NCBI RefSeq assembly: GCF_006345805.1
Contig: NC_043014.1
Location: forward strand, 31,496,001 to 31,560,000
Direction of reading: 5' to 3'
Source: Octopus sinensis
Taxonomy: Eukaryota
DNA length: 64,000 nucleotides
The notes below the pieces were generated by a model. It worked only from the letters and a program-made list of their open reading frames with translations, was not told the DNA's origin and made no database searches. Positions 50,784 through 61,990 of this stretch are shown piece by piece; the first letter of the stretch is position 1; each line of letters begins with the position of its first letter. Made by a program: the position numbers and the translations under genes.

Positions 50784-50787
<4 letters not shown>
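50251..50787. mobile_element. Unclassified CpG-rich insert bounded by perfect 57-bp direct repeats, within (TA)n
   Basis: TTTATATATGAGGACAATATCGATATTTAAGTGTCGAAATTATCAAGTGGCCAGCAT at 50251-50307 and 50731-50787. Confidence 0.6.
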
Positions 50788-50830
<43 letters not shown>

Positions 50831-50914
50831 TATATATATATATATATACACATATATATATATATAATATATATATATATATAAAGGTGCAGGCATTATA
50901 TATATATATATAAA

Positions 50915-51310
50915 AAGGTGGCTGTGTGGTAAGAAGCTTGCTTCCCAACCATATTGTTTCTGGTTCAGTCTCACTGTACAGCACCTTGAGTAAATGTTTT
51001 CTACTATAGCCTTGAGCCAACCAAAGCCTTGTAAATGGATTTGGTAGACAGAAACTGAAAGAAGCCCATTGTATATATACATATATGTATGTACCTATGT
51101 GTGTGTGTGTGCCCCCCAACCCATCACTACTTAACAACTAGCGTTGGTATGTTTACATCCTTATAACTTAGTGGTTCAGGAAAAGAGACCAATGGAATAA
51201 GTACTAGTCTATAAAAAATAAGTCCTGGGGTTGATTTTTTTGACTAAAACCCTTTAAGGCGATGCCCTAGCATGGCCGGTCATATGACTGAAACAGGTAA
51301 AAGGATAAAA
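50915..51310 (+). mobile_element. SINE family A, full length
   Basis: GGTGGCTGTGTGGTAAGAAGC ... CATGGCCGGTCATATGACTGAAACAGGTAAAAG. Confidence 0.85.
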
Positions 51311-51315
51311 GAATA

Positions 51316-51548
51316 TGGCGGTGAGCTGGCAGAAACGTTAGCATGCCAGGTGAAATGCTTAGCGGTGTTTTGTCTGTCATTATGTTCTGAGTTCAAATTC
51401 CGCCGAGATCGACTTTGCTTTTCATCCTTTCGGGGTTGATAAAATTAAGTACCAGTTATGCACTGGGGTTGATGTAATCGACTTAATCTCTTTGTCTGTC
51501 CTTGTTTGTCCCCTCTATGTTTAGCCCCTTGTGGGCAATAAAGAAATA
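51316..51548 (+). mobile_element. SINE family B, monomer, inserted at the SINE A tail
   Basis: GGCGGTGAGCTGGCAGAAACGTTAGC ... GGGCAATAAAGAAATA; flanking AAGAATATG is duplicated. Confidence 0.88.
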
Positions 51549-52332
51549 AGAATATGTGTGTATATGCATGAGTGTATGTGTGTGTATGCCTTTTGTGCTG
51601 TGTGATATTTCCCTTATCAATTGATGACTGGAGAACACAATGATCTGGGCATCTTCCAGCATTGTGGTTCCTGTTAACAATGCTGAACTTCACTGCAGCC
51701 ACCAAGAAATGTCCAGATTCTTTTGGTCCATATTGTAGTATGCTTTTTACCTCCTGTCATCCATGCAGCACATGTGTGTGTGTGTGTCAGCCATGCGGTG
51801 TGTGTATGTGTGTATGAAAACTCACAAACATCTACACTGTTTATGCTCTGGTTTAAATATTTCATGGCTTTTGCAGTGACAACATTATTTTCCACTTGTA
51901 TAGATCCAGCTGTCAAACAGTTACAGCTAACAGCTATCTAACAAACAATAAACTTCAAATTGACTATTCAAATTGATTATTAAACTTCCCTCAGGCTTAC
52001 TTAGATTGAAAACACTGGCCTGAAAGTGGCAGGTGGACTGTGATGGTGGGGATGGCGGAGATGGTTGTGTTCTACATTGCATCGTATTCAAGTTTATTGC
52101 TGGTCGTGCTTGTTGCTATGTATGTATATATATACAGATATGTGTGTGTGTGTGTGTATTTGTCTGTGTGGAATATACACACAAGCATATGTTTGCATAC
52201 ATACACATATACCCATACTCAAGTGTTTGGGTAGGCATATACATAAATGTTTGCTTGCATTTATCAGTATATGTATGCGTGTGTATGTGTATGTATGAGA
52301 ATACATACGCACGCACACACACAAACATATAC

Positions 52333-52374
<42 letters not shown>

Positions 52375-52929
52375 GGGGAGAGAGAGAGAGAGGGAGAGAG
52401 AGAGAGAGAGAGAAAGTGAGTACATAGACAGATAATGTATATACATACACAAATGTATAACATATATATATATATATATATACATACACACACACACACA
52501 CTTACATGGACCTATGTGTGTATGCAAGCATATGTATATATCTGTCTGGTTGTATTAGTTAATTAAACTGTAATATATGTATAAAATAGCTTTAGTATTG
52601 TTGTACGTTCCATTATTGAATCTAGTTATTTATTGTGCCTACAATGGATAGTTTAGACTTGTTTGGAAATATTTATGCTATGGAGAGTTAAGTGGATTGT
52701 GTCTAGGACAAGCCACAAGATGTAATGTGTTAAAAATACTGGAAAGCTGAAATTTATAGTGGCAGAAGTAAAGGGGAAAGATGGTGAGTGTGTTATATAG
52801 GATTATGTAAATGTAGAGATAAAAGCAAACCAAACTGCTAAATGTATAAGTTTTTGCATATATTTAACTATGAATATGTATGCAAGTGTGTGTGTATATA
52901 TATACATATATAAATAAATGAATGTATCG

Positions 52930-52960
<31 letters not shown>

Positions 52961-53702
52961 TATATATACATATATATACACATATATACACACACATACA
53001 TATATATATATATGAATCAGATTCCTTAACCACACACACTCATTTCTGTACTAATACACACACAGAGTCATGCTTAGATATATGTGAGTGAGTGTGTGTT
53101 TGTATCTATCTATATATGTGATACAACACACAGAAAACAGCCATAGCATTCAATGCTTTATAGAACATATACACATGTCTTCAAAATGTAATAATTTACG
53201 TAACAGTTGGAATCTAGCAGCACACCTCAGTAGTGCTGTGCTTCACAGCCCCTTTATTTGATAAATATATATCATCATCATCATCATCATCATTGAACAT
53301 AAATTTTCTATGCTGGCATAGAACTCGCAAACTGGAGATCTGCACCAGCTTCCACTCTGGTTTCTACAGCTTGATGCTCTTCCTAACACCAAACACCTTA
53401 CAGACTGTGCTGGGTGCTTTTTCTGTGGACCAGTACAAGCACACATGCAAGGCAAAACCACCTTCAGCTGGGGTGGGGTGGGGGACATCAACAATTCTTC
53501 TATGGTGGATGGGTCTTCTTGAGTACATCAAGGTGCCAGATATCCCGGTCCTTTGTCATCTTCATAAATTTAGATGTCCTGAGATCATCCTTCAATACTT
53601 TGCCCTCATGTCTTCCTGGGCCTTCCTCTTCCACTAGTTCCAGCCACTATATAGACACACAACCATACATATATGTGCATACACACACACATATAATATA
53701 CA

Positions 53703-53918
53703 AGGCAGCGAGCTGGCAGAAACGGTAGCACGCCGGGCGAAATGCGTAGCCGTATTTCGTCCGCCGTTACGTTCTGAGTTCAAATTCCGCCAAGGTCGAC
53801 TTTGCCTTTGATCCTTTCGGGGTCGATAAATTAAGTACCAGTTACGCACTGGGGTCGATGTAATTGACTTAATCCGTTTGTCTGTCCTTGTTTGGCCCCT
53901 TGTGGGTAGTAAAGAAAT
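53703..53918 (+). mobile_element. SINE family B, young (CpG-rich)
   Basis: GGCAGCGAGCTGGCAGAAACGGTAGCACGCCGGGCG ... GTAAAGAAATA; ATATACAAG on both flanks. Confidence 0.88.
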
Positions 53919-54680
53919 ATATATATACAAGATAAAGCAGAATGACGACCCTGTAATGACTACTGGAAACAGCTGTAAGTCAAATTTACAACAATAAATA
54001 TGTAATGACAATTATTTATGCCTTGTCTTGTATATCACTGTGTAGAGACTAGTATAAGTGGAACACAACCATGGATTTACAATATAAAATGGTGATGAAC
54101 TATAACTTCAAACCCTGCCACAAGAATGTGGTGGAATTCATTACTAATCTGAACAATATTGTTAGCCTGAGAGAGCTTATACAGTATTTTGCCCAGATTG
54201 ATAATCCTTCACCAACATACATACATACATAAATAAATAAATAAATATATAAATATATATGTGCTCATGCATATATGTGTATATCATCATCATTACGTTA
54301 TCATTTAATGCCCATTTTCCATACTGGCATGGGTTGGATGCTTCAACAGGACCTGGCTAACCAGAGAGCTACACCAAGCTCCATTTGTCTGTTTTGGCAT
54401 TGTTTCTATGGCTGGATGTTCTTCCTGATGCCAAACACTTTACAGAGTATACAGGGTGCTTTTCATGTTACATAAGCAAAGGTTCTTATGCACATACATA
54501 AAAATACATATATATACAAATCATACATATACAGTTCTATATATTTACATATATACACACACAAATGTCTACACACATACATATGTACATATACATATAT
54601 TGTACAACAATAATTATAAAAATGCACAAGCACATGTACACACACACCCATATCCATATTTTGCAGAATAATTTGCTGCT

Positions 54681-54746
54681 TACTCTTTTCTCTCTTTTAC
54701 TTGTTTCAGTCATTTGACTGTGGCCATGCTGGAGCACCGCCTTAAG
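54681..54746 (-). mobile_element. SINE family A 3' tail only, abutting the U6 3' end
   Basis: Minus strand CTTAAGGCGGTGCTCCAGCATGGCCACAGTCAAATGACTGAAACAAGTAAAAGAGAGAAAAGAG. Confidence 0.88.
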
Positions 54747-54797
54747 AAAAAATATGGAATGCTTCACGAATTTGCATGTCATCCTTGTGCAGGGGCC

Positions 54798-54837
<40 letters not shown>

Positions 54838-54850
54838 ACTGCCGAAGCAA
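54747..54850 (-). pseudogene. RNU6: U6 snRNA retrocopy (probable pseudogene)
   Basis: Minus strand TTGCTTCGGCAGTACATATACTAAAATTGGAACGATACAGAGAAGATTAGCATGGCCCCTGCACAAGGATGACATGCAAATTCGTGAAGCATTCCATATTTTTT; ACAGAGA box intact; about 4 nt missing at the 5' end; three substitutions versus canonical metazoan U6 are all CpG transitions. Confidence 0.93.
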
Positions 54851-55307
54851 ATTTTTCTGCAAAATATGGATAGTTTATCCTGTTCATGCTATTCTGCGTT
54901 GGAAAACAAATTATTTCCTTATCTGTATCTTTCAATACAGATCAATGCTTCTAAAGCAAGCTTTGCTTACTTTCATCATAATCCCCTCTATCTCCCACTC
55001 ACCCATTGCATATTTTTGAACCTACCTGCACACAGTGCCAAACCCCTTCTCTACAATGTCCTCTTAACACCCTCTCCTTCTTCTTGTGTCCACTCACCAC
55101 ATTCCCTCCCTTCCCTTCCAGGTCCCACTCTACTTCTGCAATCACACATTCAATCCTTAGTTCCACTTACATACACTGCTCTGTAACTTGAGTGCGACCC
55201 CCACCAACTGTTACATCTTTGCTATCTTCTCTCTTTCCAACTGGGGTTGCCATGTATCACCTTTGTTGCAAAACACCTATTTCTGCCCCTTTATTTATAC
55301 TCTAACC

Positions 55308-55618
55308 CAGCAGTTCTCAACCATGGTCCATATAGGATTTTTGAGGGTTCACACTAGCAAACTAGTAAATTGGGGATCTACAGTAGCATTTTAAGGGTCA
55401 GTGTTAATTTTTGCATTTAAGTGTAAATATTGCAACAAACAGTAAGGTTTCTTTCTCCAGTGTTTTACCTGCATGTGTTAATGCATGAATAACAAGATAG
55501 GAATTTTGAGAAGTCTGTTAAAACTAGTTTTTAAAAAATCAAATGGTTATGGGGACCCACCAGAGAAAAACACTAATCAAAGGGGTCCATGGGTAAAAAA
55601 AATGGTTGAGAACCACTG
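55308..55618. mobile_element. Complete hAT-type MITE (311 bp)
   Basis: TIRs CAGCAGTTCTCAACCAT / ATGGTTGAGAACCACTG; flanking 8-mers CTCTAACC / CATTAATC (5 of 8 match, degenerate TSD). Confidence 0.75.
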
Positions 55619-55944
55619 CATTAATCTCTTATCACATGGCACAAAGCCACCTCCCCGATAATATTCCCCACCCCCTCAGTTGAAGGGTCATGTCTTGCAA
55701 GTTACTTGGCAACCTCACTGCTGTTGCTACCATGTAAAAAGCACCTGGTATACTCTGTAAAGTGATTGGCACAAAGAAGGGTTTCCACCTGTCTGTCAAC
55801 CCAAAGCAGACAGCAGAGCTTGGTACAGTCTTCTGGCTAACCAAGCCTTGTCAAATGAACCAATCCTTCACCGGTATAGAAGGATGATGATAATGATATA
55901 TACATACATATGTGTATGTACATACATATACATGGCATAGGTGC

Positions 55945-56098
55945 ACGAATAGCTGTGTGGTAAGAAGCTTGCTTCCCAACTACATAGTTGCAGATTCAGT
56001 CCACTGTATAGCATCTTAGGCAAGTGTCTACTACTATAGCCTTTGGATCAACCAAAGCCTTGTGAGAGGATCTGGTAGGCAGAAATTGAAAGAAGCCT

Positions 56099-56172
<74 letters not shown>

Positions 56173-56350
56173 TGTGTGCGCGCGTGTGTGTGTTAGTGTC
56201 TGTGTTTGTCCCCCACTATCACTCAAACAACCAACTAAAGTTGATGTGTTTATATTTCTGTAACATAGCAGTTTGGCAAAAGAGATTGATAGAATAAATA
56301 CCACTCTTATAAAAGTAATAGGGTTGATTCATCTGATTACAAGTTCTTCA
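55945..56350 (+). mobile_element. SINE family A
   Basis: GCTGTGTGGTAAGAAGCTTGCTTCCCAAC ... TTCTTCAAGGTGGTGC. Confidence 0.8.
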
Positions 56351-56950
56351 AGGTGGTGCTAAAGGCACAAGGCTAGAAATTTGGGGAAGGGGTAAGTTGA
56401 TTGCATTGACCCCCAAAAGGATGACAGGCAAAGCTGACCTTGGCAGAATTTGAACTCAGAAAGTAAAGACACATGAAATACTGCTATTCATTTTGCTTCG
56501 TAGGCAAACAATTCTGCCAGCTTGCCACCTTAATAATAATAATAATATTCCTTTCTACTATAGGCACAAGGGCTGAAATTTCTGAGGGAAGGTACCAGTC
56601 AATTAAATTGGCCCCAGTACAGAACTGGTACCAATTTATCGACGCCGAAAGAATGAAAGGCAAAGTCGACCTCGGCAGAATTTGAACTCAGAATGTAAGA
56701 ACAGACGAAATGGCGCTAAGCATTTTGTCCAGCATGCTAACGATTCTGCCACCTTAATAATAATAATAATGATAATTTAAAATTTTTGCCACAAGGGCAC
56801 CTTGGGGGAGGTGTGGATGAGTTGATTACATCAACCTCGAAAGAATGAAAGGTAAAGTTGAACTCAGTGGAATTTGAATTCAGAACATAGCGATGTGTGA
56901 AATACTGCTAAGTATTTCGTCCAGTGTGCTAACAATTTTATTAGCTCCCT
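56350..56950 (-). mobile_element. Three tandem SINE family B copies separated by (TAA)n
   Basis: AAAGGCAAAGT(C/T)GACCT..GAATTTGAACTCAGAA repeated three times. Confidence 0.8.
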
Positions 56951-57629
56951 GCCCTAATGATAATAATAATAATGAAGATGAAAACAAATAATAAAGTTTC
57001 TCATAGTTTTAAATCTAAGTAAATTAGATGACTCAAACACACATGTATAAATAATACAAAATTTCAATGTAATTGTGAAGTAATTGGAAATTGCCAGTTA
57101 AAAGGTTATTTTCAGTATAAAGATGTTGTATATAAATGTATGGTTAGAACTCATGATATTTCTAAGTTTTATATTGCATCTACTGCAATTAATTTTTAAA
57201 ATAGATTTTGCTCATATTGTCACACATTTTCTAATGAAAAACTTTTTATATTCAGTTTCTCTAGCTAAATATATTTTTAATCTCATATTGAAACTTGTGA
57301 TATATGATTTAGAATGATCTAATACTAAACTCTGCCAAACTGTATCAAGGAAATAGAAAGGATTGTCATCAATTTAAAAGTGAAGTAATGGAGATTAAAA
57401 GAGCTATTCCAAGTTTATGGATTGATTAAGAAACATGAGATTATTATTAATAGTTTTGTGGTAAGAAGCTTGCTTCCCAAGCACATGATTGCAGGCTCAG
57501 TCCCACTGCATGACACCTTGGGCAAGTGTTATCTACTAAAGCCGCAGGCTGACCAAAACCTTGTGAATGGATGTGATAGACAGAAACTGAAAGAAGCCCC
57601 TTGTGTGTGTATGTGTGTATGTATGGTCA

Positions 57630-58060
57630 TGTGACATGTATGGATGAGGACAGCTGAGTAAAGAAGTGCCAATTTCTAACTGTGGAGGGAATCAGTAGAA
57701 GAGCTAAACCCAGGAAGACATGGGACATGATCTTCGAAGATTGGGCCTCATGGAGGCGATGCCAAATTACTAAGACCTTAGGCAATATGTCGTGCTTGAG
57801 AAGACTCGTCAAGCCAAGCGAAATCATAGTCGTGGCCGATGCTGGTGTCCTGTAACTGGCACCTGTGCTGGTGGCACATAAAAGCACCCATGGCAGTGAC
57901 ATGTAAAAAGCACCCATTACATTCTTGGAGTGGTTGGCATTAGGAAGCGCATCTAGCCATAGAAACCATGCCAAATCAGACTGGAACTCTGGTTTACCAG
58001 TTCCAGTCAAACCACCTAACCCATGCTAGCTTGGAAAGCAGATGCTAAATGATGATGATA
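57630..58060 (+). mobile_element. RTE LINE 3' end
   Basis: GHVTCMDEDS..KKCQFLTVEG..KPRKTW remnant, followed by UTR and (GAT)n. Confidence 0.8.
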
Positions 58061-58086
58061 TATATATATATATATATATATGTGTA

Positions 58087-59135
58087 CTAGATGTACCAGC
58101 CATGACCCATTGGGTCACAACCACTCCAAGTTGAAAACATTAATGTGCAGAAGGAAAGGAAAAAATACCATTTCTTAAATAATACAGTTCTCCTGCCTTT
58201 GGTGTGACAACATAAACATGACCAAGTGTTTCTTCTTTAAAATGTTAAATGTTCAAATGGCCTCCAACTTGTTTTCCTTGCTTGTTTCTTTGCCATCCTT
58301 TGTTTCTTCTGTTCCAAGTGAAATATGTGAATACTTCAGCATAAAGTAATTCTTTTGCAAAGTCCTCATAGGTACACAAAAGAATTCTGTCCATGTTGTT
58401 CTCACATGTCATTCATTGATAGCCATATATATCCTCCTAATTTCTGAGCATCATTCTTTGTTCATCTGGTAGATGAATTTGCAGTCTCACTATTGCAGGT
58501 GCTCTTTCATGAATTGAAAATCCTAAAATGGATGCAACTGCTTCAGATTGTCTAATATACCTACCCATTAGATATTGACTAATTTTGTTATCATTGTTTA
58601 TTTGAATAGCAGCTTGGTCATTTCCTTTCAATGTGTACTTGATGACGTTCTTGACCAACCTCACTGAGGCAACGATTTCAACGTTGCAGTTGCATTTGAA
58701 TGTTCTTAAAAAGAGTTCATAAGGTACAATCCATTAGTTGTGTGTGTGTTTTTCCATTGCAGCTGATCTTCATCTGTAAAGAGATAGTCTCTCCACTTTT
58801 CCGCCTTTTGATTAAGATGATAAAGACTAATATTTTATTTTAAATAAAATAGTAATTTTTCCCCTTTAAGAAAAAAATTTCAAATACCTATGATTCAAAA
58901 ATATCTCTTAAAAATAGAGGGAGAATGTCTATTTTTCCAGTCTATGGTACTTGTGAAGGAAAAAGAAAGTAAAGAAAAAGGATGGACAGTGGTAGCTACT
59001 GATGATTCTCTGAAGTGTTGACATTTTCAACTTGAATTTTTTTTCTTAAAGGGGAAAATGACTATTTTATTTGTAATCTTTATCATCTTGATCAAATGGC
59101 AGGAAAATAGGCAAACTTTGAGTTTTAGTATAATA

Positions 59136-59165
<30 letters not shown>
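58087..59165 (-). mobile_element. Internally deleted Helitron retaining Rep-region coding remnants and the 3' terminus
   Basis: Minus strand WIVPYELFLRTFKCNCNVEIVASVRLVKNVIKYTLKGNDQA..QYLMGRYIRQSEAVASILGFSIHERAPAIVRLQIHLP, then FAKELLYAEVFTYFTWN..WQR.KQG; 3' hairpin GTGACCC-AAT-GGGTCAT and CTAG|T at 58087. Confidence 0.85.
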
Positions 59166-59169
<4 letters not shown>

Positions 59170-59540
59170 GCAAATTGGTAGAAGGAAAATGTACACAAGA
59201 TAGACAGAAAAGGCTCTTCAATGATACAGTCAAAATATTACTGAAGTGCTTTGAGATCAACTATGACACCTAGGAAATGCAAGCAAAGGATTGCCCTGCT
59301 TGGCATAGCTATATCAACGGAGGTTCCACTCCTACGAACAGAACAGGATTGCAGGAGCATAAAGAAAACATGAGCTGCACAAGCCCAGATTCAACTCCTT
59401 GCTTTCAGTCTCAGTAGACCCTCAGTGCCTGATCTGTGGCAGAACCTTCTGAGCACAGACTGGACTGATTGGCCACAGCCGGTCACACCATGACCCATCT
59501 TCTCCCATGTGGTGTCCTTGGTCATCGGCAACAATGATGG
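59170..59540 (+). mobile_element. Decayed RTE LINE C-terminus with CCHH zinc finger
   Basis: KRLFNDTVK..TWEMQAKD..WHSYI; CLICGRTF*AQTGLIGHSRSH. Confidence 0.75.
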
Positions 59541-59584
59541 ACAAATATAATTATTATTAATATTATTATCATCATTATTATATA

Positions 59585-59785
59585 TGGCGGTGAGATGGCA
59601 GAATCGTTAGCATGCAGGACAAAATGCTTAGTGGCATTTCGTCTGTCTTTATGCTCTGAGTTCAAATTCCGCCGGGGTTGACTTTGCCTTTCATCCTTTT
59701 GGGGTTGATGTAATAAGTACCAGTCAAGCACTGGGGTTGATGTAATCAACTAGTCCCTGCATTGTGCTTATAGTAGAAAGGATTA
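59585..59785 (+). mobile_element. SINE family B
   Basis: GGCGGTGAGATGGCAGAATCGTTAGC..GACTTTGCCTTTCATCC. Confidence 0.8.
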
Positions 59786-61599
59786 ATATTGTTACACAAA
59801 CATACACACATGTAACTGTGCCTTTGTGTTTCTCCTACCATCACAGCTTGGCAACTGATATTGGTTTTTTTACATCCCTGTAATTAAATGGTTCAGCAAG
59901 AGAAATCAACCAAACTTTAAAAAATAAAATAAATACTAGGGCCAATTGTTTTGACTAAACCCTTTAAAGTGTTGCCCTAGCATGGCCACAGTCTAATGAC
60001 TGAAACAAGCAAAAAATTTTTTAAATATATAAAAGATATTCAACTTTTTCTCACAGAATATATTTTTAATCGAAAATCGAAAGCCATGATGATATATGAT
60101 TTAGAATGGTCTTATTCTAAACTCTCTGCCAAAGTGCAACAAGGAAACAGGAAGGATTGTCTGCTGTGTACATGTGAAGTACTGGAAATTAAAAGTGCTG
60201 ATCCAAGTTCTTAAATTGATCAGAAACATGAGATTGCTATTAATTGCAAAATTTTACATGCTTTAATTTTTTTGTCAATTATCTCAAATGCAAAATTACA
60301 AAAAAAAAAAAGAAAAAAAAATGAGTGTTGCTATTCATGAAGAGAAAGATAATAAATTAAGCAATAATAAGACAAGAAATGAAAATTTAAAAAATTTGTC
60401 AATATAGGATAATTTGCTTGGGATATCTTATATTCTTCCACTTATAATTAATTAATTTCTCAGTTCAATTTTGTATTATTTTAATCTATCATTTTTATGT
60501 CTTACTTTAACATTTTATTTCATCATACTTTAGAATTTTTTCTTAAATTTACTGTATGCATCTTTATCCATATCGGAATGAATGAGTGTGAGTGCACATG
60601 TGCATACATATACATTTTGTTATTAATAATCAACAAGATTTAAAGAGTGACTCAAGGGCCAAAAGTTTCATGCATTGGCAATTATCAGTTTGATTAAGTT
60701 CTGCTGATCATTAATACAAAAAAATATATATACTCATGTTTTGAGTTCTATTTTCTTGCAAACACACACATTCACATATATACGTTTATTTGCAATCTAC
60801 TTGCATCTGATAAATATATGCATCCCTTATATTTATCAGTATGCATATACATGCATAGGATAATTTGCATGCGTTAGTCTATATTCTTCCTCCATAATTT
60901 TTTTCACAATTCATCTTGAATTTTTTTAATCTATCATTTTTTTACATTTAATTTATTTTAAAATTTGCTCTTAAACCTACTGCATGTGTATTCACCCATA
61001 TCTGCATATATCTGTATATATGTGTGTGCATGTGTCATTACACATGCATGTTTGTATGCATCTGTGTGTGTATATATGGTTATTTATTATTTGCATTTAT
61101 TTGACTATACACTCATATTATCCTGTATTTGTCCATACATGTTTACTCACTTGGGTGTATATCTGTCTACGTGTGTATACATACATAGGGAGAATTCACA
61201 AAAAAACAAAAGACAAAGGCAGGTGGTGTAGACAACAAACAGATGTATTAGTTTAACGCTTGGGAAATGAAAAAGTCTTTAACATTTCGAGCCTATGCTC
61301 TTCCACAGAAAGGAACACAGAAAGAAACAAGGAAAGAAAATAAAGAATTTGTAGTGGCTAGCAATCACAGGGGTCACACAGGAGAGCTAGGAAGAAAGGG
61401 AGATAATAAAGTAGTGGTGATCCCAAAACAAAGGTGCACGTGTGTGTGTATAAGATAGCATGTATATGCATGTGGAAGAGGGCTGGTGACCTTGACATGT
61501 GCATGTCTGTATGTGTAGGCATGTGGATGATGGTGTGGAGCTGGGAAGTGGTCAATGCTAGTGTGTGAATGGTGGTGTGATGTGATATGATATGGTGGT

Positions 61600-61990
61600 G
61601 TATGGTGTGGTGGTGTGTGGTGTGATGGTGTTGGGATGTGGGGGAGGCAAGAGTGGGGGAAAGCAAGGATGGGATGTGGGTTAGGCTGTGAGTGGGGGTA
61701 GAGGTGGGGTATGTGGGTTAGGCTGAGGGTGGGAGTAGAGGTGGGTATGTGGGTGTAAGGGATGGGGTGGGATGGGATGGATAGGGAAGGTGGGGTTGGA
61801 TTGTGTAGGGGTGGGGTTACAAGGGAGGGGTGACAATGAAGGGAGAGGGGGAAGGGAGGTGGGTAGAAGTGAAGAGAAGAGAAGAGAGTAGGAATGAAGA
61901 GAAGTAGGAGTTGGAACAAGAGAGGAGAGGTGGGTGGGAGGAAGTAGGTGTGAGAGGAAAGTCCAAAAGAAGGGAAAACGGGGGAAGAAA
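61600..61990 (+). repeat. G-rich/purine-rich low-complexity tract
   Basis: Many GGG runs; a ~42-bp unit (GGGTTAGGCTG..GTAGAGGTGGG) occurs twice. Confidence 0.85.

Noticed and set aside
51645-51720. Hairpin ATCTGGGCAT..CAGCATTGT/ACAATGCTG..ATGTCCAGAT as a pre-miRNA
   Set aside because: A large asymmetric bulge makes a Drosha-type stem unlikely.
52033-52527. Cluster of 60-135-aa ORFs
   Set aside because: (CA)n/(TA)n/(GA)n microsatellite translations.
54747-54850. Functional U6 gene
   Set aside because: 5' end truncated by about 4 nt, CpG-type substitutions, fused to a retro-tail, and no recognisable TATA/PSE upstream.
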